This document shows positions 49,554 to 64,000 of a stretch of 64,000 bases of DNA, one piece after another (the stretch's first letter is position 1; each line of letters opens with the position of its first letter). The position numbers were made by a program, and so were the translations under genes. This DNA is from Selaginella moellendorffii (Eukaryota > Plantae > Lycopodiophyta): assembly GCF_000143415.4 (NCBI RefSeq), contig NW_003314396.1, positions 247,046 through 311,045 of the forward strand, given 5' to 3'. Below the pieces are notes generated by a model that worked only from the letters and a program-made list of their open reading frames with translations, made no database searches and was not told where the DNA came from.

Positions 49554-52505
49554 TCAATCTATGTCAATATCAGCTAATTCGATTTCTTCAAGTTTACCAA
49601 GGCCTTTCATGTTCTGCATATTTTTACTTTAAAGAGTGTAAAATTTCAGTAGGCTACCTCAAGGTATTGGTGAGGCTCGTCTAAGCTAGTAGAACCCAAA
49701 ATGACTTCCCGTCTTAATTTTAAAGTTAGCTTGTGCATAGCTTTTAGCTGTTGATCAGAAGGTTTAGTCGTTGCCTTGAAATATAAGACACAGACCTCCA
49801 CTCTAGTTGTACCTCCAATAATAAACACGAAGATTCTTTTGCCTTCAACGTTGGCACTTGATGCCGTCTCACTGACAAAACATCTTTAGTTCATCGATTA
49901 TCATAATCCGACATTTACCTTCCAGGGTTATCATCTGTTGCGTTTTTTGTTGCCCATGTAGACTTCCTTGTACGCATGGACTGTGGAACCTTATGACTGG
50001 TAGCAGGTGTAGAAGTGTTTCGCATGGATATAGGAACGGGCTCTTTAACAAATGGAAAATCTTCTTTTGATAGCTCTCCCTTGTGGAGCGCCCCAACGAT
50101 GTCCTAAAATTCATCAAGGATTTCTAAAGCTCTTAACTTGCCTGGCCATTACCTCAATCACGGGGTAGAAACGAGAAAAATCCCAAGTATCAATGTCCTC
50201 TTTTTTTTCTTTTCTTGATGGTGCCTACCATTGAGATATCGCCCAAGAAACACAAAATGCAAAATATGTTTGGGATACCTTACGACTTGATTTGAAAAAG
50301 CCGCCAGAGTGTTTATCTAATAGAGGGACACCGAGAAATCGTAGATTGTTAATAATATTCATGTCAGTTTCTCCCAGTTTAGCTAGCTGCACGAGTTAAC
50401 CATGAAATTTTTGCAGAAACCAAATAAGAGCGACCTTCATCCACTGTTGACGCTTGATGGCATCCAGTTTATCAGGATGTGCACTCGCATATATAAGCAG
50501 CAACCGTAGTTTGTTTTCCAGAGACATATCCTGTAGGCAGAAATTTAATAAACAGTAGATCACATGAGAACTAACCGGCTTGATGTTGAAGAGTCTGACT
50601 AGCTCTTTACTTGATCCTCCTCCAAAGGCAAAATCTTGTTCCAGAGCGGCTATGTCGCTAAGCGATTGTTCAGATATTTTTTCGTTCAACACGGTTGCAA
50701 TCTGTGTGGTACATACAGTATATTCAAGTGGCTGAACATAAAAAAAAAAATGAAGAAAATAGTACCTGAATATGAAGACTTAACTTGTCGAGTTGCTCAC
50801 GAAATTGAGGTAGAGCCTGGACCAGCTTTTGCATGTCTCTTGTCGATATATCCTGACCCTCCCTATTAACGTACACAGTCATTCATCCAGGTGTCTTCGA
50901 GAATATAAACGTACTTTGCACCCAGACGAATTTGTGCCGCCTTATTCTTTGAACCAAACTGATTCATCTTGTCAGTTAATTTCAAATTTGCCTGTAGAGC
51001 TAGAGAGTTTAGGACAAGACCAGAAGATTTTTTAAGAACCTCTGCAATGTGTAGATGACGCAGTTCAACCCAAATTGGATCATGCTCTTCAAGAAGCACT
51101 TCTTTCCGTTCCAACTTGTCTCCAGTTGTTATCTTCAGAAAAGAAAAGCGCTTCAGGGCAGAAGGCAAGAACTATAATCCTCACCTCATAAACGTATTTG
51201 TTGCCTTCGATGCCTAGAAGATCATGGCACATAGCATCATACGTCCACTCATGTATAAATGGCGCAACCTAAACGACTCATGGAAAATGGTGGTCCTAAC
51301 GTTGCATCTTACCGTATCAACACTTCGATCAAGAATTAAGAGGTCGCAAGTTTCGGATTTGGGAAAGTCAGCAAGAGCTGATTTGTACTTTGCTAATCTT
51401 TCTGAAAGTACTGCAGCAACCTTAGCAGAAAGCAAATTACGTGCGGCTGGAAGTTCATCTTCTGAACTCTGAGCATTAGGGGCTCTAAATCGCACACTAG
51501 GATACTCCTAAAAGTAAAGTCATCAAACAAAAGAGCATAGACTCGGACTTACTAACCTTTAGGGATACAAAAACAGTAGCTAGGCGGGTACCTATCGTGT
51601 CGATCATGGCTTCATAATCTGAAGAGGTATCGCTATTCTCCCCAAAAAGTTGTTCCAAAGCCATGGCATTATCAGTTACAAATCCCTATATATAAACTTC
51701 ATTACGTTGACACAAACAATCAGGAAGACCACCTGTGAATCGATGGTTATATACTCCAAGTTCATCTGTTGTCGTGACAATGAAAATCCATACAATTAGT
51801 TATAAGCTACCTCTTTAAGTGCTGCAAGGCGTTGAATCACTGTTTTCTCGCTTTTGATAATATTGAGGAGATCTGGCGTAAGAGATGAACTTAAGAAGAT
51901 GTAAGCCCTGAAACCACCAGTTCTCTCTGAGATCAAGCCAAATCGCTTAAAGATTAGCTGGTCACCTCTTATATAAAGGAAACTTTCCTGACATATCGCT
52001 GATGATTTTGGTAATGCTGGCACACAACCAGTTTTGAAAATGTGGATGCACTTCTCTACAATACCTCTCGTTTGTAGCTCTTACAAAGTACACCGCTTCA
52101 AGAGTTGGCATTGGTTGCCTTTTCTTGTTCAGATCCTCAACCACTGCGAGAAGAAATTTAGTAATGCTTTGCCAGCTAGAATGTATGCGCACATGAGATG
52201 CCTTCATCGGTTATATCGGCCATCTTACACGAAGATGACATGACTCTGACAGTCAGCTCATCGATGACAAGAACCTGATAATGAAGGTACAAATACGAAA
52301 CCAAGCAAAATCAGAAAGAACCTTCCAATCGTTTGGGCTGTCACCACTCTTGACGCTGTGAAGCATCTCCTTTAGCAGTCCTGAAGTACCTCAACAAGTC
52401 GACCTGTAAAACATAAATTTCAAACAAAATGTACTCACGCTCCCGTGTTGAATGGCGGAAAGACTTGTAAGGAGCTCTTGCTGACGGTCCACTACCTTCT
52501 GCCAT
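49554..52505 (-). CDS. KEU: Sec1/Munc18 (SM) family vesicle-trafficking protein, KEULE/SEC1-like; many exons with ~45-55 nt introns
   Basis: Exon peptides [116 protein letters not shown]. Stop TGA at 49554-56. Exact paralog not determinable. Confidence 0.9.
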
Positions 52506-52642
52506 GGAAAGTAAGAGGAAAACCCTAATCTCTTGACACCGACAGCACATTAGAAGAATATGTTTCGTTGCCACTTGGCAATGTCCAGCGAGATTTGAAG
52601 TGCCGCGGCAGAAATGACGGTGCGATAGAATGTTTAAGAGTG

Positions 52643-54840
<2,198 letters not shown>

Positions 54841-55619
54841 AGGTCTGCTTAAGGATAAAAATTCTGCAGTGTCACCTTCACATTCAGTAAGGCATCATCG
54901 CCTGTCCTTCTCTTTCAGAAATAATATTCCTTCCCTGGCGTGAATTCAGATTCAATTATACTAAATATGGAATGCTATGACATGAGCACAAGTATGTGTG
55001 AGCGTGAAGGTTAGAATGCATGAGCCTCAAAAGGAGTTTGCACGTATAGCTGTATGAGATTGCCAAATGTTGCTAGCTGTGAGTAGACATCAAAATAGGT
55101 TTTAGTAATGGTATAATTGTTAGGTGCCACCTTTGATCACATGGTCAACACGTGTCAAAGGTAAGTTCAAGGGTACATTAAAGTATGTTTCCTTAGTATG
55201 GCCAAGTTTGCAAAAGTGGTTGCAGTTGTTGCTTAAAGAATGTGCCATTGGAATACAACAAGTCTTCAAGTCTTTGTGCTCTCATGTTTTTCGTTGATTT
55301 TTCTTGGATATTTTTTATTAGTGTGGCTTTATAAGAGAGACGGTCCTTCTTAAGCATTAATGATGCTAGTCATTTGTGAAGGAACCAGCATTTATCTTGA
55401 TAACATTGTTACTTTCAAGCTGAGTCCCAGTCTAAGTGAAGATGGCGGCAATGGTCCAACAGCAACTCCCAAATGTGAGCAGCCTGATATGCCTGCAGTC
55501 TCTATAGCTGAGGATACTTCAACAATGACTCCCTGCAAGCAGTTATCTCGCAACCCCTTCACAAGGATGACCTTTGATGGTGCAGATCCTTCTGGATTCT
55601 CAGAGTAAAAATTCTGAAT

Positions 55620-56200
55620 CTGCAGAAGGTGGAGAATACAATGCATCGTGTTCTTCCTCGGTGAGATCCATGCAGTGAGAAAAAGGATCAACAGTAATGC
55701 CGAGAATGCTGCCACCACACCTTATTTTGTAAGCAAACAATGTAGGTGGTGAAAACAGAACATGTATTTTTTCCCATACTTGTCCTTACTCGTGGCATGG
55801 GGAGTCTTCAAGACTGTTACATACAGTTTCTGAAGACGTCAACGGACTTTTCAGCCATCTTTCTGAGTCTCTCTGACAGACTAGATGCTTCATGCTCCTG
55901 GAACTCTTGAAAGATTTTGAAGTATGTACAGTTATGTTCTTCTTTAGTGTCAAAATAAGGCCTATAAATTGTGATTCATTTCAGCATTGGACATTACAAT
56001 ATCAAGCACATGGTTCAAGCGGGATTAATTACAGAGATTCCCGACTTTAAAGCTTTTTTCAAGGGATATATGAGGGACATGCTCACAGGTCACACAGAGC
56101 CACTTCAATTTCACTTCAGCATGCGTGGCTCTGTACTTGTCATGCGGGATAAGATGAAGGACTGGGACTGATAAGTGGTATATCCTTATCACTTCCTGAT
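55620..56200 (+). pseudogene. Relic of a second Sola-like/DUF7869 transposase
   Basis: LPPHLIL.ANNVGGEN, YLSLLVAWGVFKTVT, EDVNGLFSHLSESL, ITEIPDFKAFFKGY..GHTEPLQFHFSM..KMKDWD, homologous to the protein encoded at 8640-9060. Confidence 0.8.
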
Positions 56201-57639
56201 CATATGAAACGAGCTGCGAAGGATTTCTTTGCAAGGAAAGAAAGGTATGTAAATCCTAACTCTTAAATTGCTTTCCTACCTAAAATTTATTTCTTTGTTG
56301 CAGTGATGAGGATTAATTTAACAAAATCTATGATAATTTTCCAAAACTCCACTAAATCTTGGTTAAAAGAGTATTTCTCCAACTTTGTAAAAATATGTTA
56401 TCAAAAATGTTAGAAAATAAGGCAAATATGCATTTGATATTCTGCTTTCTGTATTCTAGATAGCATTCTTTTCCTAAGAAATACACTTTGAATCTTTTTT
56501 CCATTCAGATGGAGAAGAGGAAACTATTGCGTTACCAAATGCACAAAAGCATTCTTTAAATGACACAACTTATTATCCAATGCAGTTCCACATTGTTGTC
56601 CTATTATTATGGGAAAATTAAACTGTAAGTACTAACGATTTGTTTTGTTCTAAGTTCATTCATTACAATCTTTTGACCACCCAAATCCCATAAGCAGTAC
56701 TTGAGGATGTGTGTCTTTGATGCAGGCAATCCTCCATTGCTTAGAATAGCTTTGGCATCTAAAAATTTCCTGTCAGCTGCTCTGAATATGAGCTTTGTCT
56801 CATGTGCAAGTTTTCTCTTGAGCTTGTCGGAATGTCATAAAAGGACATACAAACTTTTGTGTATCTTAGTTCAATCATTTATTCTTTTATCAGTGACTCC
56901 AATTGGATTGAGTAGGTTCATCCCTGAAATTACTTGCTAAAGCATGGTTGAAACTGCAAAGTTATCCTCCTAGTCTAAAGGAGAATAACTGAAGGGAATA
57001 TATAAAACCAAAAGTAAGTACTAAAGGGATAGAACTAAACCATAGGAACCAAAGGGTATAGCCAAAGGTGGTTATGCAAGTTGGGAGTGGAGAATTAAGT
57101 GGGTGTTCGAAAGTGTTGTTAGTAGCAACTGTGGTACCATGGTGAGTTTAAAGTATACAATTGCCTATTTTAGATCATATAGCAATTAAAAAACTTGTGA
57201 AAGAAGAAGCTTAAGCAAGCTAAGGAAAAGTACCCCTTCCATGTTCCTGAAGGCAATTCTAGGAAAGTTAGTACTTACAAACACAGGAATAAGATTGCAC
57301 AAAATTAAAGTGGTGTAGTAGAAGTATAACCTTGAAGCTTGCCATGAGACAAGGCTATCAAAGTTTAGGAAATAGTTCTCAAGTGTTCAAAGAGATGGCT
57401 TTTAACAAAATTCAATGTTTGAGGACTTTCACATTTATGTATAGAACCATATTATGCTGGTTAGGTGAGTTGCTAAGCAAGATTGGTAAGTCGGAGGAAC
57501 AAAAACCCTAATTAAAGGTGTTAACCTTAAAAAGGGGAGGCCAAGCATGAAGGAGTTCATGTATGATCATAAAATAATCAATTAGGTTATCAAGTGAAAG
57601 GACTTGGAAGTTCAAAGGAACTAGATTTCTAAATTGTGA

Positions 57640-58078
57640 TCAGTAGCGTACATTGGATATAAGTTGGTGCACTAGTATGAGGCATTCTATATAATACCGT
57701 CTGTAGATACATATATGGAAGTTGGGTTTGAGTCCCAACCATCTAGTGTTTGGGTTTGAGTCCTAATACACTAAGACGTGGTGATGGTTTGGAATATGAG
57801 GACACTTATTTTTCAGTGGTTATGGACTTTCAATAAGGAAGTTAGCTTGGGCACACCACAAAGTAGGGATGTCCCAGAGTCGTGATATGGTTAGAGTGCT
57901 TAGTGGGAAAGCTTGGCATATCTAATTTAAAGATTTTGGTGTAAGTGGTACTCAGGATATGATGAATGAAATGGAAACACCCAATCTTAGTTGTTATGGA
58001 CTTTTGGCCAAAAGTGGCTAACGTTGGGCATACTACCAAGTGTGGGGGATGCCCTCGAAGTCATAGTCAACAACTAAA
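57640..58078 (+). mobile_element. Degenerate family B/C-like 3' UTR
   Basis: Similar to 5030-5240 (GTTGGGTTTGAGTCCCAACC, AAGTGTGGGGGATGCCC). Confidence 0.6.
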
Positions 58079-58946
58079 NNNNNNNNNNNNNNNNNNNNNN
58101 NNNNNNNNNNNNNNNNNNNNNNNNNNNNNNNNNNNNNNNNNNNNNNNNNNNNNNNNNNNNNNNNNNNNNNNNNNNNNNNNNNNNNNNNNNNNNNNNNNNN
58201 NNNNNNNNNNNNNNNNNNNNNNNNNNNNNNNNNNNNNNNNNNNNNNNNNNNNNNNNNNNNNNNNNNNNNNNNNNNNNNNNNNNNNNNNNNNNNNNNNNNN
58301 NNNNNNNNNNNNNNNNNNNNNNNNNNNNNNNNNNNNNNNNNNNNNNNNNNNNNNNNNNNNNNNNNNNNNNNNNNNNNNNNNNNNNNNNNNNNNNNNNNNN
58401 NNNNNNNNNNNNNNNNNNNNNNNNNNNNNNNNNNNNNNNNNNNNNNNNNNNNNNNNNNNNNNNNNNNNNNNNNNNNNNNNNNNNNNNNNNNNNNNNNNNN
58501 NNNNNNNNNNNNNNNNNNNNNNNNNNNNNNNNNNNNNNNNNNNNNNNNNNNNNNNNNNNNNNNNNNNNNNNNNNNNNNNNNNNNNNNNNNNNNNNNNNNN
58601 NNNNNNNNNNNNNNNNNNNNNNNNNNNNNNNNNNNNNNNNNNNNNNNNNNNNNNNNNNNNNNNNNNNNNNNNNNNNNNNNNNNNNNNNNNNNNNNNNNNN
58701 NNNNNNNNNNNNNNNNNNNNNNNNNNNNNNNNNNNNNNNNNNNNNNNNNNNNNNNNNNNNNNNNNNNNNNNNNNNNNNNNNNNNNNNNNNNNNNNNNNNN
58801 NNNNNNNNNNNNNNNNNNNNNNNNNNNNNNNNNNNNNNNNNNNNNNNNNNNNNNNNNNNNNNNNNNNNNNNNNNNNNNNNNNNNNNNNNNNNNNNNNNNN
58901 NNNNNNNNNNNNNNNNNNNNNNNNNNNNNNNNNNNNNNNNNNNNNN
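58079..58946. other. Assembly gap (N run)
   Basis: Ns. Confidence 1.
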
Positions 58947-59889
58947 AGCATCGACCATTCAATCTCTCGGGGGAGCTAGAGCCTGGCTCTTAAACACTTC
59001 ACCAAACTACCTCACTTGTCTGTTTGTATTCACTTTAACCTTGGACTCCTCAGTCATTATAACATCACCCACCACGTGGGTATAACCTCCCTTAGTTACA
59101 CTGGCCTTTCCTGGCCAAACTCGCTCCATTGTAGTCCTCCCCCTACTATACTTTTGGAGCTCACCAAACTTGCTAGGGTCTGGGAGATGATTGTTTTGGG
59201 CTTTCACCCTCAGACTCGGACTTGGACTCAGTTTTGGTCTTGAACTCGGTCTCGGTCTCGGTCTCAATCTCAATCTCGGTCTCGGTCTCGATCTCAATCT
59301 CAGTCTTGGTCTTGATCTCTTTCTCGGCCTCAACCTCAGACTCCATCTCATACCCATCTCGAACTCAATCTCAAACTCCATTTCAGGTCCATCTTGGACT
59401 CCGTCTCGGGTCCATCTTAGACTCCATCTCGAATCCATATCAAACTCCTTCTCAAACTCCATCTCAGATCTATCCATCTTGGGTCCATATTGGACCATCA
59501 CGAGTCCATATCGAACTCCATCTCAGGTTCCTTCTCAGACTCCATTTCAGACTCCTTCTCGGGTCCATATTAAACTCCATCTTAAGTTCCTTTTTGAACT
59601 CCATCTTAGACTCCTTCTTAAACTCTTTTTCGGACTTATTCCGAACACTTCTATGTGTCACAACACTTGCCATATATCATTCCTTCTTATGCCCCTTTTT
59701 AGAAATTCATTCACCAATTGTTTCATACTTATTCTTTGAGCACTTTGTTTAGAGTTCCACTCCCACTCTTGACTTTCTAAGTTGGAACCTTTGGTCTAAA
59801 TATGTTACACTTGTTGGACTTTTGCTTCGACTACTACCATATAGCATCCTTTCTACTCCACTTTGGGGATTAGGGATTTGTGTCTCACA
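58947..59889 (-). repeat. Family C LTR fragment (older, C-to-T decayed)
   Basis: Collinear with 38076-39192 and ends TGTCTCACA. Confidence 0.87.
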
Positions 59890-62881
59890 ATTGCCTTCTG
59901 CTCATCAGATTATGAGAGGGAATATTATATATCTATCACCTTGTTTGGTATAAATAATGACAATTTTATGGATAAGGACAATGCCTTTTAAAGCTTTATA
60001 GATAAGATTAATTGTTGGTCTATACCTATATATTTTAAGGTTTGTTGGCATTGCTACTATGGCAAGCCTTAAACGTAAGCACCTAGGCTCCTAATCAATT
60101 TCAAAATGGGGAGGCTTTCCTCTAAAGGCTAAATATATAGGATATTTCTTATACGAAAGTCCCAAAAATTTCTCAAACGACAAATGTTATTTCTCACAAT
60201 ATATCTATTTTGCTCATGTGTGGTCCATCTTAAGAAATTTTTACTCTACACAATTTTATTGCCAATCAATCTAGATTCAGGATTGATTTGATATTTATTA
60301 GTGCAATTATCAAAAAGTGTATTTCTACATATGGGTATCCAAGCTTTATTGTGAATTGTTAAACTTCCTACAACATCTTCTTTACCTAAGATTGCATAAA
60401 ATTTTAGTAATTGTTTAGTAGGCAAAAACTTTTAAATCCTTTACAAATAATAATACTCAGGATTTGCATTTAGCTCAGATAGGTAGACTAATTCTCTATC
60501 TAGGGAAAATCCTAATACTATTTTCTTTTTATATAAGTAACTCCACATATATAAATCTCACTGTACATACGAAGTAATTTAGGTGTATTATCACACCTTC
60601 TTTGACAATAGTGATTGTATTAGGAGTCAAACTTCTATATACCTTGAGTAGAATATTACTAAGTATTTCACTCAGTAATTCATTGAGTTGTTTAAGCAAA
60701 TTCATTAAAGCTATCATTTGCTAGCCTAGTTAGGCACATAAGATAGTTTAATTTTTGCTTTCTTATGCTGTTGTTTAGTCACACAGAGTGGGGATAAACC
60801 AACTTTAGTCTAGGTCTATAAGCAATATGTATCTTCTGAATAATTAAAGCGGTTTGTGATAACCACTTCTGAATTTTTTACTTGTGCATCTTATTCAAGT
60901 CTTATAGGCTCTTGCAATATGTGTAGAAGACTTAAACTTAAGACAAGTCTACTCTTAAATTGTATTTGAGTAATTGTCAAAGCTAAAGGATCTTGGATCA
61001 AAGCCTTGAAACAATATAATGTTTTAATTGTGATTCTACCTCTGTCAAAGTCTTGTAAAATTTAGATGAATAATTCTCTAATTTGTTCTTCACTAAAATT
61101 GGCTTTAGACCAATTTTTCTGTTTATATATACCTAGAAAAATTGTGATACGCTACTGAAAAATGTGTTTTATAAAAGCCCAAGTGAGAACTTGCTCCAAA
61201 GGAAAGAATTGTAAAGTAATTAATTCTGTTTTCCACATTAAACAAACTCTATTCCTTCTTCTTTTGGATTTTTCTCAAGAAATTAATGGCTAAACAATTT
61301 AAACTTGAGTTTCTTGGCAATATATGCCAAACTAAATAGCTTAGATAGCTTTTCAAAGGAAAATAAGGCTTAGTGCAACAATGCCGACCTAAACTATGTC
61401 TTTCCAAGCTCTAATTAATATCAATTTTAAACTCGTCCTATGCTCTATGGCTTATATGATAGTTGAAAAACTATCTTTCTTATGTTGTCTGAGCACTAAG
61501 CCACTGCAATTACAAAAAGAGCTCCTTCATTTAGTGTTTTCTAGGCTCAGGACTAAAAAGATCTACTTATAATTTTTAGTGCTAAGAATATTTGGAATTT
61601 ATAAGTGATTTCCTCCTTGCTATTTTTCAAGCTAAAGAGTAATGGCTTATCCCACCGTGATCGCTAAAAGTGAGTAAAGCTTTAATTACTTATACTTGCA
61701 TTCTTGCCATTACCTACAAATAAATAAAGACAAGAACATAGAGAAGAGAAAAAGAGAAAAAGAATGAGAAAAGAATAGAAGAGAACTCAGCTTCAAACCC
61801 CAAAGACGTGAGTAAAGATAAACATATGTCACTGTCTCAACTTTACTTTACATAAACAGTCATAGGAAAGAGAAAAATGGTTAATTCAATATAAATGCAT
61901 ATAATAGTGATTAGGGATTGTTTTTTTATCACATCTAAATGTTACTTATACACTACATAGTTTTATGACTATTCATAACTACTTCACACTTGTTCATGAC
62001 GAATGTTGCCTAGGTCGGGTCTTTCTTCTTTAGATGCCTAAACTTAGGCATAACTCCATTTCACCTAACTTTCTTTCTTTTGCTTTGCCTGGGAAAATAT
62101 ACAAGATAAAACATTTACTTCTTCATCACCTAAACTCAAGATAAATCAAAACTTCTGTCAAATATTTTGCTTTAGTTATATATTTATAAAGGACCTAAAG
62201 TAAGTAGCTTGTGTTTGTTGTTTACCTTTAATTTTGTGTACTAAAATGTTATTTTTCTTATATCATAGATAAACAACTTTCAAGGTCAATAATACTTTGT
62301 AATGACAAATCATGAAAAATTTATTAGTCCTGGTTTAATCATGGTTTTAGCAAAACTGATAGCTGGAACAATATAATACTTTATAATACTATATATAAAA
62401 ACTTTATTTTTATAACAATTATCTTATATATTATAAGTTATAAAATATCTTATGTGCTATTGATCTATTAGTAAAGTATGTTCTGGTTAGAAACGTTTTA
62501 GAGGTGTATTAATATATTATAATTTATAAGTAATCAATTATAATAGATTTTTAAAAAAGATTTTTTAAATCTTTCCCAATAGAGTCGTATCATTCTCATA
62601 AATATGACATGTCGTTGTGCTCTATTTGGAAACTACTAAGAAACTTCAAGTATTTTCTATCAAGTATTTATTATCTTTCACTAACCAAACTCCTAGTTAA
62701 CTATAATCAAGGTAGTGATAAAACACTATGTAACATAAATACACTTAACTAGCTTATAAAATCAATTAGCATATATCATTGCCATAGCTGGGAAAACAAA
62801 GTTACATTTCACTCTAACCTCTTCAGACATTTTTCATTTTACCCACCCTTTCCAGGACACGCTTGGAGCTATTACAAATTA

Positions 62882-64000
62882 TCAATCACCACTTCTCCTT
62901 ATCCAGATCATCGCAATAATTTTTTCTGCAAAAAAGCCATTCTGGTGAAAAGAAAAAATCAATATGAAAAAAGAGACCCTCCTCCAACGATGTCCCAATC
63001 TTTGCACCATTCCTGGGACTTTGTCACCACCAGAGTTGCTTTGCAATAGGCTCTTGGACGTACCACTACAGCCATAAACAGTGTAGGGGCACAAGTTGAC
63101 AACCACTGTTAAGTCAGGAGTGGACTTGTATGCAATCATGATGGCAATGCTTGCAAGTTGATGCCAGTCAGCACTCATGGCAAGAGCTAAAACAAAAGGG
63201 ACCTCAGCAGTAGTGATCTCGTCCAAGAGGGTGCCAAGAGCTGGTCGAGAGTGATCAGCAGCCTGTTGTCGCAGCCTGGGAATCTTGTGAGCCAGATTGT
63301 GCACAAGAACTACCAAGTCAGGGCTTTTATACAGATCTGCTCTCAGCAAGTCAGTCTTTAGCTACTCTTTTTCGTATGACAAGTCCTACATGGAACCAAT
63401 CAGTAAACCAATCAAAGCTGAGTAAGGAAGAAAAGTTATGTATCCTACACCTCATGAAACAGTCTGCAACAACCTCTTCTACATCAAGTTTTGCAGAAAG
63501 TGGTGCACTAATGCGTATTCTTGTTGTCTGCAATCCTGTTTCCTCGACCACAGCTGTTGGTGGAACAGGTGAGTTTTCAATTTTGTAGCACATCTGCATA
63601 CTACCTGATGAGAATGAGTAGCAAGACCTTGAGCAGCTCATTATCTGAGGAACCAGAGGAGAGGACTCTGATGCTGGAGCTGGTTGTCATCCTAGATTGG
63701 TTCTCCACTTCTCTGGAATTTTTCTGGGCTACGAGAAGAGGTGCCTTTATGGTTTATAGCTCAGGCATATTGAGTTGCCTCCCATTGATTAATGAAAAGT
63801 TATACTACTAACCTCTTCCATAGTTTTTGGTGTGGCTCCTTGAGAATCACTGGAGGATGCAGAGGATGCAACTAGAGGATGCAACACCATCTTCTTCTTC
63901 TTCTTACTCTTGGCTGGAGGTGCTAAGAAAAGAAGCATTCATAATTCCAGATTTACCTGCCAATCCATGGAAGGTAGCATCAAACATATTTCTGCCAGAA
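62882..64000 (-). pseudogene. Degraded C-terminal part of a lipase class 3 family gene (AT3G07400-like), running off the window
   Basis: DLVVLVHNLAHKIPR, PALGTLLDE..VPFVLA, AYKSTP..VVVNLCPY and RIRISAPL resemble that family as I recall it. Frameshifts, stops and apparent deletions. Confidence 0.6.

Noticed and set aside
57966-58979. ~300-aa ORFs
   Set aside because: Artefacts of the N gap.
59890-62800. AT-rich stretch possibly derived from a LINE or other TE
   Set aside because: Too decayed to identify by eye.

Overview
Land-plant nuclear DNA, probably from a seed-free lineage such as Selaginella (inferred from the ~45-55 nt introns). Positions 1-45.6 kb are a deeply nested transposon cluster. 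It holds three Ty3/Gypsy LTR families (here called A, B and C), a 5S-bearing Cassandra-type TRIM, a hAT transposase relic, and an ~18 kb TIR DNA transposon at 7099-25134 (~10.7 kb without a nested LTR element). That transposon encodes a Sola-like/DUF7869-type DDD transposase and a divergent multi-exon gene with ParB/Srx-like and FCP1-like HAD domains. It also carries ~20 copies of a 24-bp palindrome that I did not see outside its TIRs. Family B (a chromovirus) has two canonical GT-AG mini-introns inside its integrase. Host genes occur only after 49 kb: a SEC1/KEULE-family gene, a head-to-head unknown multi-exon gene, and a degraded lipase class 3 (AT3G07400-like) gene fragment. There is an assembly gap at 58079-58946. 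All domain and family names come from recognising motifs by eye, not from database searches.
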